DNA of 56,766 nt, filler included, from Mitosporidium daphniae (Eukaryota), in assembly GCF_000760515.2 (NCBI RefSeq). It is 2 parts of 2 records of this genome, joined end to end, with 100 filler letters (N's around TTAATTAATTAA, not from the genome) between each part and the next. Parts side by side here need not be neighbours in the genome. Positions count along the whole stretch, not along the records: positions 1 to 28,393 come from NW_013546179.1; 1 more part is not named here. One strand, 5' to 3'. Made by a program: the position numbers and the translations under genes. Position 1 is the first letter of the stretch. The number at the start of each line of letters is the position of its first letter. This document shows, piece by piece, positions 11,237 through 23,397 of this stretch. Under the pieces are notes generated by a model. It was not told the DNA's origin. It did no database searches and was given only the letters and a program-made list of their open reading frames with translations.

Positions 11237-12558
11237 TTAATTTTCTAATTTTATTAGCAAAAGTTGAAGCCAAAAATCCTCCAATCGATTTTTGATGATT
11301 GCCTGAAGTTCGGAAACACTCATCAAGTTTGAGTACAAGGCCTTGGATTCTGTTGTTGAAAGCAGCCTCAGCTGGTGCAGCAATATGGACTTGTCTTCTA
11401 CTTGATCGATAGAGGATTGGTCGAGTAAAAGAATATTCTGAGGGTCCAAATCTCCATAGTAGCTAGAGATGCCGATAAGAGAGGCTTTTCTTGCAATTAT
11501 TTCAGATGATATTTTTGAGGGAAACTTTAGGGTTTTAAATGACCGAAGAGTGTTACACATGCTTTTCGCATAGCCAAGTAGGCCCTCGAATGTTATAGAT
11601 GTGTTGTCTAGGTTTAGCTCTGTTAAATTTGGAAACTTTTTTATACTCTGGAAAGAAGAATCCGATATTAGCAGGTTTCCATCAAAGTTCAAGCGTGAAA
11701 TGGACGCTAAAAAGCCGTTCGACATGTTGCTTAAAGCCTCCAAATGTTTGTCAGTTAAATTAGTGTTGGTGAGGTTGAGATTTGTTAAGTGTGTCAAAGA
11801 GTTCAACATGGCCACATTTCGTACAGAAAAATGCACATTAGACAAGTTTAGCTCTGTCAGGTTTTGTATGAGTGAGCTTTTGGAGCCTAGCAGTGAAAAT
11901 AGGCTGTCGATGTCCGATGAAGAGGGACAACAGGTAGGGAGGATCGGAAGATCGGAACGCTCATATTTAGTTCCAAATGAGTTGGACAAATCTAAGGCTT
12001 TTATTTCAAGCCGGTCCGATATTTTGTTGATGTATGAAATGGTTAACGCTCCTAGCCATTAAAGAGATAGGTAATACCGTTGGAGGATAAACTTGCCAAT
12101 TGCTTTTGGAGACAAGCTGCTCCAAACAGCTTTTTGTCTAAATCTCCATGCAGGCTTTCATTGTGTAAGTTTAAGTAGGTATCTGAAAGTGGCGAGCGAT
12201 TGATGGACGTCACCCTTTTGCTCAAATATTTTGAAAGAGGTGTCTGAGGAGACTTACAATCAAGTTTTGTAGGCATAACAACGTTGTCGATGGGATGAAG
12301 CATTAGGGTCGACTTGCCCTTCCGTTTAGAAGAGTCACTCGATAAATATCGAATGCCAGATTTGTCTTTAGATTGACGGATCGAGCCTGGCATGGCTTTC
12401 ATATCTAAAACAGACATGTTTGAAATGGATCTTAGAACCGGCCGAGTGAAAACATTCTCCTCGCTCGACAAAACGGAAGGTGCTGACGAGCTCTTGAGGG
12501 GCTTTTCCGAGCCATTCCCGCCAACAGGGGTTAGGCCTGATGCATTGATGTGTTGCAT
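11237..12558 (-). CDS. Leucine-rich repeat protein (one 26-nt intron near 12052-12077)
   Basis: LTELNLSN, LTNLNLTNTNLTD, LTELNLDNTSITFEGL; a GT-AG intron joins the two ORFs in frame. Confidence 0.7.
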
Positions 12559-12620
12559 GGCAGGGGAAATAAGGCGGCAAAAACAAATGCTTTATTACGG
12601 TTTAAATTTTAATTTAAACT

Positions 12621-13143
12621 TTAAAGGTCAAATTCGGCCATGATATCTGCCTCCAGAAGGCCAAACTCCCTGTTGAGCTCTCGCTTGGTTTTTATGATTC
12701 TTTTCCTCTCATCCAAGATTTGACGCTGCTTTCTCAATATCTCGTTCATGGGGATTTTTTCTAGCGTGGGATATGAAATTCCGTGCTGTTGAGTTTCCTC
12801 GTTATATTCGCCCAGTAGAACCACATTTTCGCCTCTAATGAGTAGCACCCCTTGGTATTTCTCCCCATACTGGTTATCTATGAAAATCCGCTCAGTTGCC
12901 TCTGTGATTGTGATATTTCCTATTTGCAATAAAAATATGGCAGCATACCGAACTGGTCGTATACTTTGAAATTTCCCTCAAACTTTCTTCCATCCTTCAG
13001 AGAAATGATTATACGCTCTAATAAAAAAAACGGCAGCAAAATGTACTGTCTAAAAGTAGCTTAAAGTTGATTATCCCGCAAAAGGAATCTGAAAAAACCG
13101 AATGGGAACCAGTGAAAGAATCATCAAGCCCAAAATTGTTCAT
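12621..13143 (-). CDS. LSM1: Sm-like protein Lsm1 (2 introns)
   Basis: Spliced LLLDKRIIISLKDGRKFEGNFKVYDQFGNITITEATERI...LIRGENVVLLGE. Confidence 0.88.
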
Positions 13144-13156
13144 TTTAAAAAATACT

Positions 13157-13784
13157 TTAAGTGAATTTATTCGTCCTTAGGAGGCTATCCTGTCTTTCCC
13201 GTTCCCTTTTTTCTCTGATCAGGCGTTCTGATCTTAATCTATCGTATTCTGAAGAGCCCCCAGCATAGGGTGCATGCTTGCTGCTGGAGTTTGTTTTTGA
13301 ATACTCGGTGTCTTCAGATTTGCGGGTATTTGTGGCAGACTTGATTTTTAGCAATGGATCTCCCGGTCTGTTTGGATTTAGTTCGACGGCCTCCGTTGGT
13401 TGCATATCATACCAAGGGGTCTCTTTTTTGCGCTTGTCGTTTCGAGATACATTCATAGGAATTGAAAACATTTCTTCAACCTTAGCTCTTCTTTCAACCT
13501 CTTTTTCAGATGGCGTTTTGTGTTTCAGTATCGTATCGTTTAGGCTATTTCTATAGTCGTCCTCTTTTTGAGATTCCATGTTGTTTTGATGAGAGCGTTT
13601 CTGCTTTAAAGAATTCATGACCGAGATTTTCGAGTCAATAATCCGACGGTGGCTTGCCTTTTCTTGTACAATGTCATTTTGCCTTTCGTCTTTTAGAACC
13701 TTTTCTTTATTTAGGACATTCTTCACATGCCAGCTAAACGTTAATATATTGAATGTAGTGCCTTTTTTTGGGAAGCAGATTCAT
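13157..13784 (-). CDS. Cir_N-domain protein, LENG1-like (GC-AG intron 13734-13761)
   Basis: Spliced N-terminus MNLLPKKSWHV; PWY, DPL and LRSERLIREKRERER motifs. Confidence 0.75.
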
Positions 13785-13843
13785 AAAAGTAAATTTAATT
13801 ATTTTTTTGTACTGAAATTAATTGTCCCCCATTTTATTGCAAC

Positions 13844-16800
13844 ATGAGCATCGGATGCATAGGCTCTCACAGAAGCCGGGCATTGAACCAAGGGGCTCAG
13901 TACATATCCAGGAGAGCTGCTTATTCCGCCGCTTCTGTTAAAACGCCATTTAGAATTGTCCCGATTTCTCCAGATACATTTCCAAGTGATACACTAATGA
14001 AAAAACCATCACGACCGCAACTTTCTCGTAAGAAATCCGTGGAGAAGCAAACCTTGAAAATTGTTCCCATCACAAGAAGCTATGAAATGGAATCCAATCT
14101 TGGGTCTAACAATTTTAAAAAAGAACCCCGGGAAGCTTCTTCTGTCAATCATGAGGAGCAGCCTTTCCCTTTATTTCATGAAGAGGGCTCTTCTTTATCC
14201 TCTTCACAAGCGTTAGATTTCCCTATTTTTGAAAGCATTTCAAAGGAAAAAGATGTAGAGCCTGAGGGCTTTGTGCCGGCCTATGAGCCCGGGGATCTTA
14301 TTGAGATCGTCGTGCAGAAATCGCGCCATATACTTGGGATTGTGCTTTCCGTTGGCCAGGAAAACACCAATTTATTATATGCGCTCAATTTGACAAATAA
14401 GCAAAGTATGGATGATGCCGCGTTTTCGACCTTTTCATTGCAGCAAGTTATGAGCTTCAATGTCAGGTTCAAGGCAAAACGCTGGCTATTTTTACACTCC
14501 AACCTGACTCCGGAGCTGATCGATAATATCTTTTCCCTGAAAACACACAAAACTATTAGCTCTCAATTTACAGAAGCAGCACTGCTTTCTCTGAATGCTT
14601 TAGGCAAGGCGCTGAAAACGTTCGAGTCTAATTCTTTTCGGGAGCTGCAAAGACTATTACAGATCTTTACATCGTTTGAGAGGGAATATTTAGACCGGCC
14701 TTCACTTTCTAGTGCTACTTCAGCACGTTCTTCCCGTGCTCCCGTCTCTATGTTGGTTCGGGGACTGAGTCCTGAGGAATTTCTTTTAGAAAGTGAAAAA
14801 ATTGCTTCCAATTGCGGCAGTCTTTCAAGGCCGATCTCCATCGAGTCTCTCCATGCAGCTTACCGTTTTTTATTTTGCAACTCGAAATATTTTGTCAAGC
14901 CCCCATTTTTGGGTCCAACTGGTCCTTACTTTATGCGTCCTCCTGCCGAAATTGCAAAGATCAATTCGATCCTCTCTTTGCCCCCGCCACAAATAGAGCA
15001 ATTTAGGGAAAAACTCCGAGCACATTTGAATTGCTGGCACCGTTCTACTGCTGCAAATTCCGTTGCAGGGGTACCCGGTTCATGCTCATCGCCGTCAGAA
15101 CGACCATCACACAATGTTGGGACCTTTTTTACGTCTGAAACGGACCAGTTGCTCCTGTGGGCACTGCAACGATATGCCTGTTCGCANAAGTACAATTTAA
15201 TGGGCATCAACGGGCACCCATTAGCCGATGTTGCCATCCAATGTCTTTCAGGAATATTGGATACCGGTAACGAGGCGGGTGATCTGTATCCTACTCTTGA
15301 AAAGAGGGGTCTTTTACCCCCGGACCACAACGTGCACTGGGAGCAGTCCTGTCTGCAATATGAGATTCCTGCAGCGATTGAAGAGGCAGCCTCCAAAGCT
15401 ATATCCTTAGATAGTTGCAATCAAAGCATTTCCCCCCAAAGTCTGAAGACCTCTCCAGTGCCAATCAGCCTCTCGGCATCTCCTCGGAAAATTCTTCCAG
15501 ATGGATCCTCTTTNGAGAGTAGAATTGAATTTGGCCATTCGCATCTAGCCATAGCTATAGACTCTGCTGATACCACGGAGGTTGATGACGCACTGTCAGT
15601 GGATGATACAACTGAAGCCGATACTTATTGGGGAGTACATGTGCATGTAGCCGACCCCACTGCATTCATACCGATGGGCTCAACATTAGAACGCTGGTGC
15701 GCTCAGAGAACTTCCTCAATATATGTGCCCGAAGCAAAAGCTCCTATGCTCCCAGAAACGATGCTTGAGCCGATTTCTCTTGGTGGAAAAAAAGCTTTGA
15801 CGTACGAGCCGCTGGCCTTCACCTTTTCATTTCAAGTTGACAAGAGCAGTGGTGAAATTCTTAACCACTCGGCCAAAATCCGACCATCCATTCTTCGCAA
15901 TGTCCAAAGGTTGACATATGAAGATGCCGATGCATTACTTCAACCATGTGATTCCACATCCCCTCTCCCCTCCACCTTACTCTCGCAGCTTGCCCAAGTT
16001 GCGAATGCTTTGGCGCGAGCTCGAGGCAACATCGAAGGTGCCTCTTTTCTATCGTTCATACAGAATCGACCATCACCAGAGGTTCGACTGGAGGGGCCTG
16101 TCGAAGCGCCGGCCTCTGTTATCCGAATTATCAATAGTAATGACCAAAGCTCCGTTTCTAGACGAATTGTCTCCGAGCTGATGGTCGCAGCTGGCGTAGT
16201 TGCGGCTCGGGTTTCTCAGGAACTGAGTCTCCCGGTTCCTTATAGAAGGCAGGACCCTCCAAAAGCGGGATCTCGCTTGGATGCGCTCGCGGAACGAATC
16301 GAGTCTGTTTTAAAGATAGAAAAGCAGATGTCGCCTTTGATAAGAGATATTGTTGGTTCTCATTTGGTTAGCACCAGCGGCATTCTCGCCCCATCCAAGG
16401 TTTCCCTTGTTGCAGGGGTTCACTGGTCCATGGGTCTCAATGCATATCTCCGCGTAACGTCTCCAATGCGCCGCTATGCGGACATGCTCATCCATTATCA
16501 GCTCAAAGCAGCACTTGGGGGATGTGGCTCCTCTAACATCATGCGGAGCGGGGAGCTGATTAGCCGGTTAAGGGATGTCAATGAACTCGAGCCCCAGCTC
16601 AAGTCTCTGCAAAGACGGGCCACAAGATTCTGGCTTTTGACATACATTCTTCGTCAGCCAGCCGACAAGATCTGGGATGCTATTGTTCTGGGGGGAAGCC
16701 AGCCATCTCAAACGGTCTCTGCATTTACATGTCAGATCTACATTTTGGAGCTATATTCCTCGTTCTCCATAACCATTGATTCTTACATGCTGTCTGCACT

Positions 16801-16930
16801 TGGCATCGCCTCATTCCAAGAAATCATGGTGCCGGGAACCCAAATCCAAGTCACTGCAGGCGTCGTAAAACGGGATCTCAACCAGGCATCTTGGCACCTA
16901 GCTGCAATTGGAAATCGGGCTCGTGGATGA
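13844..16930 (+). CDS. DSS1: RNase II/RNB exoribonuclease, mitochondrial Dss1/Cyt-4-like
   Basis: AIDSADTTEVDDALS, HVHVADPT, SSIYVPE..PMLP, TSPMRRYADMLIHYQL; Arg/Ser-rich presequence-like N-terminus. Confidence 0.8.
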   Translation: MSIGCIGSHRSRALNQGAQYISRRAAYSAASVKTPFRIVPISPDTFPSDTLMKKPSRPQLSRKKSVEKQTLKIVPITRSYEMESNLGSNNFKKEPREASSVNHEEQPFPLFHEEGSSLSSSQALDFPIFESISKEKDVEPEGFVPAYEPGDLIEIVVQKSRHILGIVLSVGQENTNLLYALNLTNKQSMDDAAFSTFSLQQVMSFNVRFKAKRWLFLHSNLTPELIDNIFSLKTHKTISSQFTEAALLSLNALGKALKTFESNSFRELQRLLQIFTSFEREYLDRPSLSSATSARSSRAPVSMLVRGLSPEEFLLESEKIASNCGSLSRPISIESLHAAYRFLFCNSKYFVKPPFLGPTGPYFMRPPAEIAKINSILSLPPPQIEQFREKLRAHLNCWHRSTAANSVAGVPGSCSSPSERPSHNVGTFFTSETDQLLLWALQRYACSXKYNLMGINGHPLADVAIQCLSGILDTGNEAGDLYPTLEKRGLLPPDHNVHWEQSCLQYEIPAAIEEAASKAISLDSCNQSISPQSLKTSPVPISLSASPRKILPDGSSXESRIEFGHSHLAIAIDSADTTEVDDALSVDDTTEADTYWGVHVHVADPTAFIPMGSTLERWCAQRTSSIYVPEAKAPMLPETMLEPISLGGKKALTYEPLAFTFSFQVDKSSGEILNHSAKIRPSILRNVQRLTYEDADALLQPCDSTSPLPSTLLSQLAQVANALARARGNIEGASFLSFIQNRPSPEVRLEGPVEAPASVIRIINSNDQSSVSRRIVSELMVAAGVVAARVSQELSLPVPYRRQDPPKAGSRLDALAERIESVLKIEKQMSPLIRDIVGSHLVSTSGILAPSKVSLVAGVHWSMGLNAYLRVTSPMRRYADMLIHYQLKAALGGCGSSNIMRSGELISRLRDVNELEPQLKSLQRRATRFWLLTYILRQPADKIWDAIVLGGSQPSQTVSAFTCQIYILELYSSFSITIDSYMLSALGIASFQEIMVPGTQIQVTAGVVKRDLNQASWHLAAIGNRARG

Positions 16931-17039
16931 GGCGAGTGGCATTTAAATTAAATAAATCTAAACTGAAGACGGAAAAGAAATTCCGTCCCTAGTGCTGCAA
17001 TTGGATTCGTAATATTTAGATGCTACATCGATCTTTGGT

Positions 17040-17925
17040 TTACAAGGGAGGGCATGGGCTATCCATTGGCCCCACTGCGACGCATCCTTCCTTTACCACC
17101 TCCTTGTAGAAGGCAAGGAGCTGTGGAACAATAACTTCAAGAACGAGACGCCTTTGCTCTGCATCAGGTACCACCGTCGATATATGCTCATCGGCCTCCT
17201 TTGACGCCAGTCTTTTGGATATGGATATCCAAAAGGAAGCTGCTGCCAGCAAGGGCGGATCATATAAAAGCACCAAGGGGCTAAGCATGCTGAGGTGTAA
17301 GGAAAAGCACATACCAGTCGCTCAGAATCCGCCAGGCAGCCTGCGATATCTCTTGGGAGATCGACCGAGAAATCAGAATTTCCTTTAGGTATTTGAATGG
17401 CTGTTCAACAGCCAGGTCAAAGCAAAGTGTTTCAAGCAGCATGAATTCCATATCGAGCACCTTTGATCGCATGATTTGAAGCTGCTGATGGGAATGAAAA
17501 CAATAGAAACGTACCTTAACGTCATCAATTAAGATCTTTTGAAGGCCTTCATCACCATCAAAGTAGATGGTAAGGATTTCCTTGATCTTGCGTGGGGTCT
17601 CCTCGACCTTTCCAGCAAGGTAAAGTGAGGCTATTGCGAGCAGCTATATGGTTAAGCGGGTTGAAAAAACCTGGCCAAGCTTTTTATCGTGCGTGGCTAG
17701 TGCGCGGCGCATAAAAAACCGATGAAGGAATATCTGAGCACAGGTTATAGTGGATTGAGGACTACAAAGTAGGAGAAAAGATACTCACAATTTCAGCCTA
17801 ACCCCAAGGTCTAGTATGAATTTGCAAAGCAAAAACCGGTCCTTCACTTCTTCTTGATAAGAGATCAGAGGACGAGATGGCGTCCGGTTCTGTAAATCAT
17901 CCATGGAAAATTTCCACATTTTCAT
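17040..17925 (-). CDS. Transcriptional cyclin (cyclin T/K/L family), 4 tiny introns
   Basis: Spliced WKFS..TPSR, PQSTITCAQIFLHRFFMR, LYLAGKVEETPRKIKEI, EFMLLETLCFDLAVEQPFKYL. Confidence 0.85.
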
Positions 17926-18134
17926 GCGGCACAATTCTGGATAAAAAATTAATTTTTAAAAAGACGGGGACCCATTGCATTTTTGCGACAACTTCATTGG
18001 TGTCCAAATGGCCTTCAAAGGGTTGGAATGCATATTTCCGGGGATAGTTTAATGGGTGTATGATGGAGTCTCTCAAATAGGAAAGACGTTCCCAAATTGT
18101 CACATGTACGTCAACTGCATTCGTAAATTTTATT

Positions 18135-19123
18135 ATGAAATTTACTAGGGAATCTCTACAATTGATCTCATCCTCTATCATTCACGAAAATCCAACCAAT
18201 CAATATAGGCTATGCATCCAGGAAAGAGCCAATTTCATCTTGCTTCTGGAGAACATCACTCCGGCCCTGCGCTCATTAGCTTTGTCTCAAATGTCCAAAG
18301 GATTTTTAAAGGAATTTAATGCAGATGAGGGTGTGAAAGGTATCACATCTGATCCGGAGAGCCCAGACAATGATCTATTGTTTTCTCTTATCCACCATCT
18401 ACTTTCAGATAAGCGCTCTAACAATGTTTCTTTTGAGAAACCCGATGCATTCGCAACTGAAGTTTCGTGTGGAGAGCTGGATCTGGGTACACTTTTTTCC
18501 ACGCTACACGCAGAAATTCTGGAGTTGCACAAGGCCTATCATTTAGGAAAATACGTGCACTGCAAGATGCGCATTAGGGCCTACATGCAATTGGTGCTAA
18601 CATGCCAAGCGCTCCGAGAATGTTTTTTGTTGTTCGTACAATTTATTTTGCAATTTCTGTTCATTTGGATATCCTGTAATGAAGCAATTGGCAAGCGTGG
18701 CAAACTGAATTTCAGATCCGCTCCAAAGAAGAAAGATCTAATTCTGCTTTTGATTTCCGGATATCTGTTTGCGGAGCTGATTTCCAGCGTGAACCAGGTC
18801 AATGATGCCGAAAAGCTCTTATTTACAGACGACTACTCTGCTCCTCTTTTGGAGGTAATGTTTTCATTCTCTTAGCTTAGAACCTGTCTCAAGTTCTTTT
18901 CCTGCTGTGGAAAGCCAGTAGAAAGCTAATGGTGCGTAACTGCATTTCGGTCCTGGTTCTCTCTTCCGTTTTGGGCAACTCTGAAGCGCTACAAACCCTA
19001 TCCAGCATGCTTAACAAAAAATCGGAAAGCTTTACGACGATGTCCCGGAAAAAGCGAAGTTTGATGAAGGAAATTTCGGCCAAAATTGACCTGGTCATTG
19101 GAGGCAGACCCCCAGTTTCTTGA
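18135..19123 (+). CDS. Hypothetical protein (26-nt intron near 18855-18880)
   Basis: Two ORFs joined in frame by a GT-AG intron; AATAAA right after the stop. Confidence 0.55.
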
Positions 19124-19183
19124 ATAAAAGTCTAAACTTGCAAAACCGCGCCCTAGTTCAAGTTGAATTTAATTTTAATTGTG

Positions 19184-20986
19184 ATGCCTGGCACTGCACT
19201 TGGTACACCGCCGCCCTCATGTATGGCCTATGATGAGTCGAGTTTAATTTGTAGTATTTGAGGCAATTAAAATTGCAAAGGAAACCCATCTTACCAGGCG
19301 AGGAAGCTATGATGGCTACATGTTGCATTTACTTTCTTAATTGTAGAAAATTTTGTCGCTCCCGCATCTCCACCCTTAGGGCGGGTCAACGCAAGCGGGG
19401 TATTCTTCCATGCAAGCCGCTTTTGGAAAATCCATCTGAAGAGATACCATCTTCTAACAAGCTGCAAGCAAAGCGATCGTTTTCCTGTGCAGGCGACTTT
19501 GAGATCCTTCTGTGGGGATGTGAAAGAGCCTGGGCATTTAGAATGAAATTAATGGAGTTGCAAATGGAAAATTCCAGAGCACGTTTTTCAATGAAAAAAA
19601 AGAGCCGAAGAGCACTTCAGTATGTTTCTTTTCTGGCTGCCCATTCAAATGCAGAAACATATGTGAATAGGCAAGAGCTGCAATGCTATTGGTATTGGAT
19701 TAGAGCGCACGAACGATTCGATCTGAAGGACTGGAAGATCGCAACGTCGGCCACTGATTGTGCCGAGTCAATATGTAGGGCTCTTCTCAACGATCACTGT
19801 TCTTCTGCTGCTTTGGAGCAGTTTTTAGACGATATTTCCCATCTCAAAAAGCTTTTGAAGGTGCGAAGCGCAACTCCCTCCTCTGAGAACCCCAAAAGTA
19901 GCCATATTGATAAGCTGGCTGTGGAGCTTGGCTTTATCTCTCTTAAAGGCCTCTCGCTGGATACCCCAAAATCCGCACCTGTTGAGTCACTGCCAAAACA
20001 GCACATCATCAACTGGGCTGGATTTGAACTCAAGTTGGTGGACAATTTATTGCTGATGTTCGATAAATTTCTACTTTCTCCTGATTCTTCTGGGCAAAAC
20101 TTGAAGGGATGGAAACGGATCAGCCCCCATCCCAAAATGGACACTCACATGTTGGAATTTTTGCAATTCCAAAAATTGTGCGCCAAGCTGGCACTTTCGC
20201 AGAGCCGTGCATTGGCGCTTTTTGGCCAGCTTGAAAAAATCTTCACCATCAGAGGAAATTCTCGCCAAAAGAAACTCCTATGGACCATCAGAGGATCCAT
20301 TGAAGAAGTTGTTCGAATATACGAGGAGATCAGGAGTCCGGCAGTTGCACCGATACATTCGAACCAAATCTTCAACTCAGCGATTGATTCCAGAACTTGT
20401 CTATTTAAGGCAATTAAGCAGTTGCTAAATTCATATTTCTTTGCGCTCCAGGCAGGACATTCGAAGCCCGCTGTCAAACAGAACCCCAGTAAATCGTCTC
20501 TTCTTGCGACAGCAGCCAGGGCCCTTTTAGATATGAAAGAAGCGCTCCCGGAACTGGAATCCAATCTTTTGATCCTTGAAAATTCTTTAGATGTCCTCCG
20601 AGTAGGCTGTTTATTTTTTATTTTAGTATCTTAATATTGGCCACTTATCGCCTGGTCCCTTCTTGAGCAAATTCAAGACTTTCCTTGATGGCTCATTGGG
20701 TCTTTACATAGCATGCATCAATGAGAAAAGCAATGATGATGGCGATTATACTCTTCTTTCCCGAAGATTGGAGCCTGGAATGCGATGTGTCGATGCAATC
20801 AAGTGTCTACAATTGGAGCCTCGTTTGTGTGCTCCAGAGCCTATTTTCTACGATGTTGCATATGAGGTTATTATGGATCAAGCCATTTCTGAAAGTTCCT
20901 CGTCGCTTTCCCCTGCCTCTACGTATATGGCGGATCCATCTGCAAGATGGTCCTTTTCCGGAATAGTCAAGAAATTTTGGAATTAG
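19184..20986 (+). CDS. SRP68: Signal recognition particle subunit SRP68 (3 introns)
   Basis: Spliced RRGSYDGYIKFCRSRISTLR, CERAWAFRMKL, C-terminal PEPIFYDVA and GIVKKFW. Confidence 0.8.
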
Positions 20987-21548
20987 TCAATAAATCCATG
21001 GTCAGAGCCATAATGGGCCTCATATTTGGGCCCATAACATACAAATCCGCAGTGAGATGATCTATGCGACAATTCAGTTTGCAGAAATGTTTATTGGTAA
21101 CAATGGCTCAGATATATATCTAAGCACGGAAGCAAACCGATAATTAAACCATTCGCCCTCTTATTCGCCTTTAACCATCATCGCCAAAATAATAGAATTA
21201 TGAAAAATAGCATAAACAAACAATAAGCAAAAGGACAAAACAAAGGATAAAGACCAACAAATAAAGAGTAGAGTAACAAATAAAGAGTTCAGCTTGAAAA
21301 CTAGTAACCATGAAACCCGGTTGTGACAATCGCATATATAGCAAGATGCGATCGAAACTAGCACCTTGGTGCTGTAGGGTTGATGTCTTGGAAGAAAGTT
21401 GCATCATTGCAAAAACAAAAGAAAAGCCATTTCTGTGTCCCCATATTCTTCCGCTCAATTTTGACGTCTCGTGGTGGAGACGATAAAATGAAACGAAACC
21501 CTATCAGGACAAAGAGATAATTAAAATGGCTTTAAAAAATAAATTTAC

Positions 21549-21580
21549 AGAAATTTCTGGAACATGCTAACCCTATATAA
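21549..21580 (+). promoter_or_regulatory. Heat-shock element plus TATA box of STI1
   Basis: aGAAatTTCtgGAAc is a perfect nGAAnnTTCnnGAAn; TATATAA at 21574-21580. Confidence 0.75.
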
Positions 21581-21618
21581 AGCCGTCTGGTTTTCACTTG
21601 TCAATTTTAAACCTTCAA

Positions 21619-23397
21619 ATGGCTGATGCATTTAAGCAACAAGGAAATACGGCGTTTGCCCAAGGACAATATGAGCAAGCAATTGCCTCGTTTTCAGAGG
21701 CCATAAAATTAGACTCCTCCAATCATGTTCTGTATTCTAACCGCTCGGCAGCCAATGCTGCTTTGAAGAAATTTGATCTGGCGCTCGAGGATGCAGAAGA
21801 GACTATAAAGCTGCAGCCCACATGGTCTAAGGGATATGGGCGGAAGGGTGCAGCATTGCATGGGCTCAATAGGTTTACGGAAGCCGAAGAGGCCTACAAT
21901 AAGGGCCTGGAGTTGGAGCCCAGCTCCACTGCTCTCCAAAAAGGACTGGAAGATGTACGCGTTGCCGCATCACCCCCATCGCTGGAAAGCAACCTACTTA
22001 ATCCTTTTGCATCTGAAGAGGCCATGGGTCGTCTATTCACAGATCCAGGTACCAGACAATTCATAGCACAGCCAGATTTTATTCAGAAAATCAATGAAAT
22101 TCGCCAAAATCCATCTGCCCTCTCGAAGCATATGCAGGATCAGCGTATCATGCAGGCGATGTTTGTGGCGATGGGACTTAATGCTTCATTTGGCGCTCCG
22201 CCTTTTCCAAAGACATCTCCGGCCAGTGCATCGTCTTCGGAGTCTCAATGCCAAGCGGACTCAGCGGCCTCCAGTGAGTGTTCCAAAGCCTCCTGCTGCG
22301 CAAAGGAAAATTCTGGGTTGAAAGAGGAAAACCTTAAAAGCTGCAAAGAAGCAGCGTGCAAGGAAAGCGTATCTGCGCCAAAGAACGACTCCATTAAGAA
22401 ACCATCGACGTTAGCCAATCCGGTTGAGGAAATCAAGAACAAGGGAAATGCGGAGTTCAAAAAGAAAAATTTTGAGGCTGCCCTTTCCTATTACGATGAA
22501 GCCCTCTCCTTGGAACCGGATGCTATTCCCATTCTTCTGAACAAATCGGCCGTCTACTTTGAACAGCAAAACTGGGATGAGTGCATCAAAGTGTGCTTGG
22601 AATGCATAGAGAGGGGACGCTCCCTTAGAATGGACTTCAAACTGATTGCCAAGGCCTTTGGGCGCATCGGGTCGGCATATTTGAAGATGGAAATGCCCAA
22701 CAAGGCCGTTGAGTATTTTAACAAGAGCTTGGCTGAGCATCGTTCACCCGAAATTCTAGAAAAGCTCAAAGAGACAGAAAAAAACATTTTAGCAGCAAAG
22801 AAGGCGGCCTATTTTTCACCCGAACTTTCGGACTCGGAGAGAGAAAAGGGAAATGAGCTCTTCAAAAAAGGGGAGTTCGTGGAGGCTCTCAATCGGTATA
22901 CCGAGGCCATCGCTAGAAATGATAAGGATCCCAGAGGCTATTCAAATCGAGCAGCATGCTATACTAAACTAGCGGCCTTTCATGAGGCAATCAGAGATTG
23001 CGACCGCTGCATTGAGCTTGACCCAAGCTTTATCAAGGCCTATCTGCGAAAGGCGTCCATTTTATATGGGCTTAAGGAATACCAAAAATGCCTGGACACC
23101 TGTTTTGAGGCCAAGTCGAAAGATACTGAAAATCGCCATTCAGCCGAGATTGAGCAGCATCTCGCAAAATGTTACTTGGAAAGCCAGAAGGCCTCTATGA
23201 ATGAATCTTCCGAGGAGACCCTTCAAAGGGCAATGGCGGACCCCGAAATAAGAAGCCTGATGACCGATCCCGTGATGCAATCCATCCTTCAACAAATGCA
23301 AAGCGATCCTCGCGCGATCCACGATCATATGAAGAATCCTCTGATTGCGAACAAGATTCGCAAACTCATGGCTGCCGGTATCATCAGGACTGCCTAG
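21619..23397 (+). CDS. STI1: Hsp70/Hsp90 organising protein Sti1/Hop
   Basis: TPR1-DP1-TPR2A-TPR2B-DP2 layout; NHVLYSNRSA, YSNRAACYTKL, DPVMQSILQQMQSDP, KLMAAGII. Confidence 0.96.
   Translation: MADAFKQQGNTAFAQGQYEQAIASFSEAIKLDSSNHVLYSNRSAANAALKKFDLALEDAEETIKLQPTWSKGYGRKGAALHGLNRFTEAEEAYNKGLELEPSSTALQKGLEDVRVAASPPSLESNLLNPFASEEAMGRLFTDPGTRQFIAQPDFIQKINEIRQNPSALSKHMQDQRIMQAMFVAMGLNASFGAPPFPKTSPASASSSESQCQADSAASSECSKASCCAKENSGLKEENLKSCKEAACKESVSAPKNDSIKKPSTLANPVEEIKNKGNAEFKKKNFEAALSYYDEALSLEPDAIPILLNKSAVYFEQQNWDECIKVCLECIERGRSLRMDFKLIAKAFGRIGSAYLKMEMPNKAVEYFNKSLAEHRSPEILEKLKETEKNILAAKKAAYFSPELSDSEREKGNELFKKGEFVEALNRYTEAIARNDKDPRGYSNRAACYTKLAAFHEAIRDCDRCIELDPSFIKAYLRKASILYGLKEYQKCLDTCFEAKSKDTENRHSAEIEQHLAKCYLESQKASMNESSEETLQRAMADPEIRSLMTDPVMQSILQQMQSDPRAIHDHMKNPLIANKIRKLMAAGIIRTA

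Noticed and set aside
15187..15514. Single N bases in the Dss1-like gene
   Set aside because: Ambiguous base calls; frame intact
21567..21575. CTAACCCTA as a telomerase RNA template
   Set aside because: Sits between the HSE and TATA box of STI1; better read as a promoter motif
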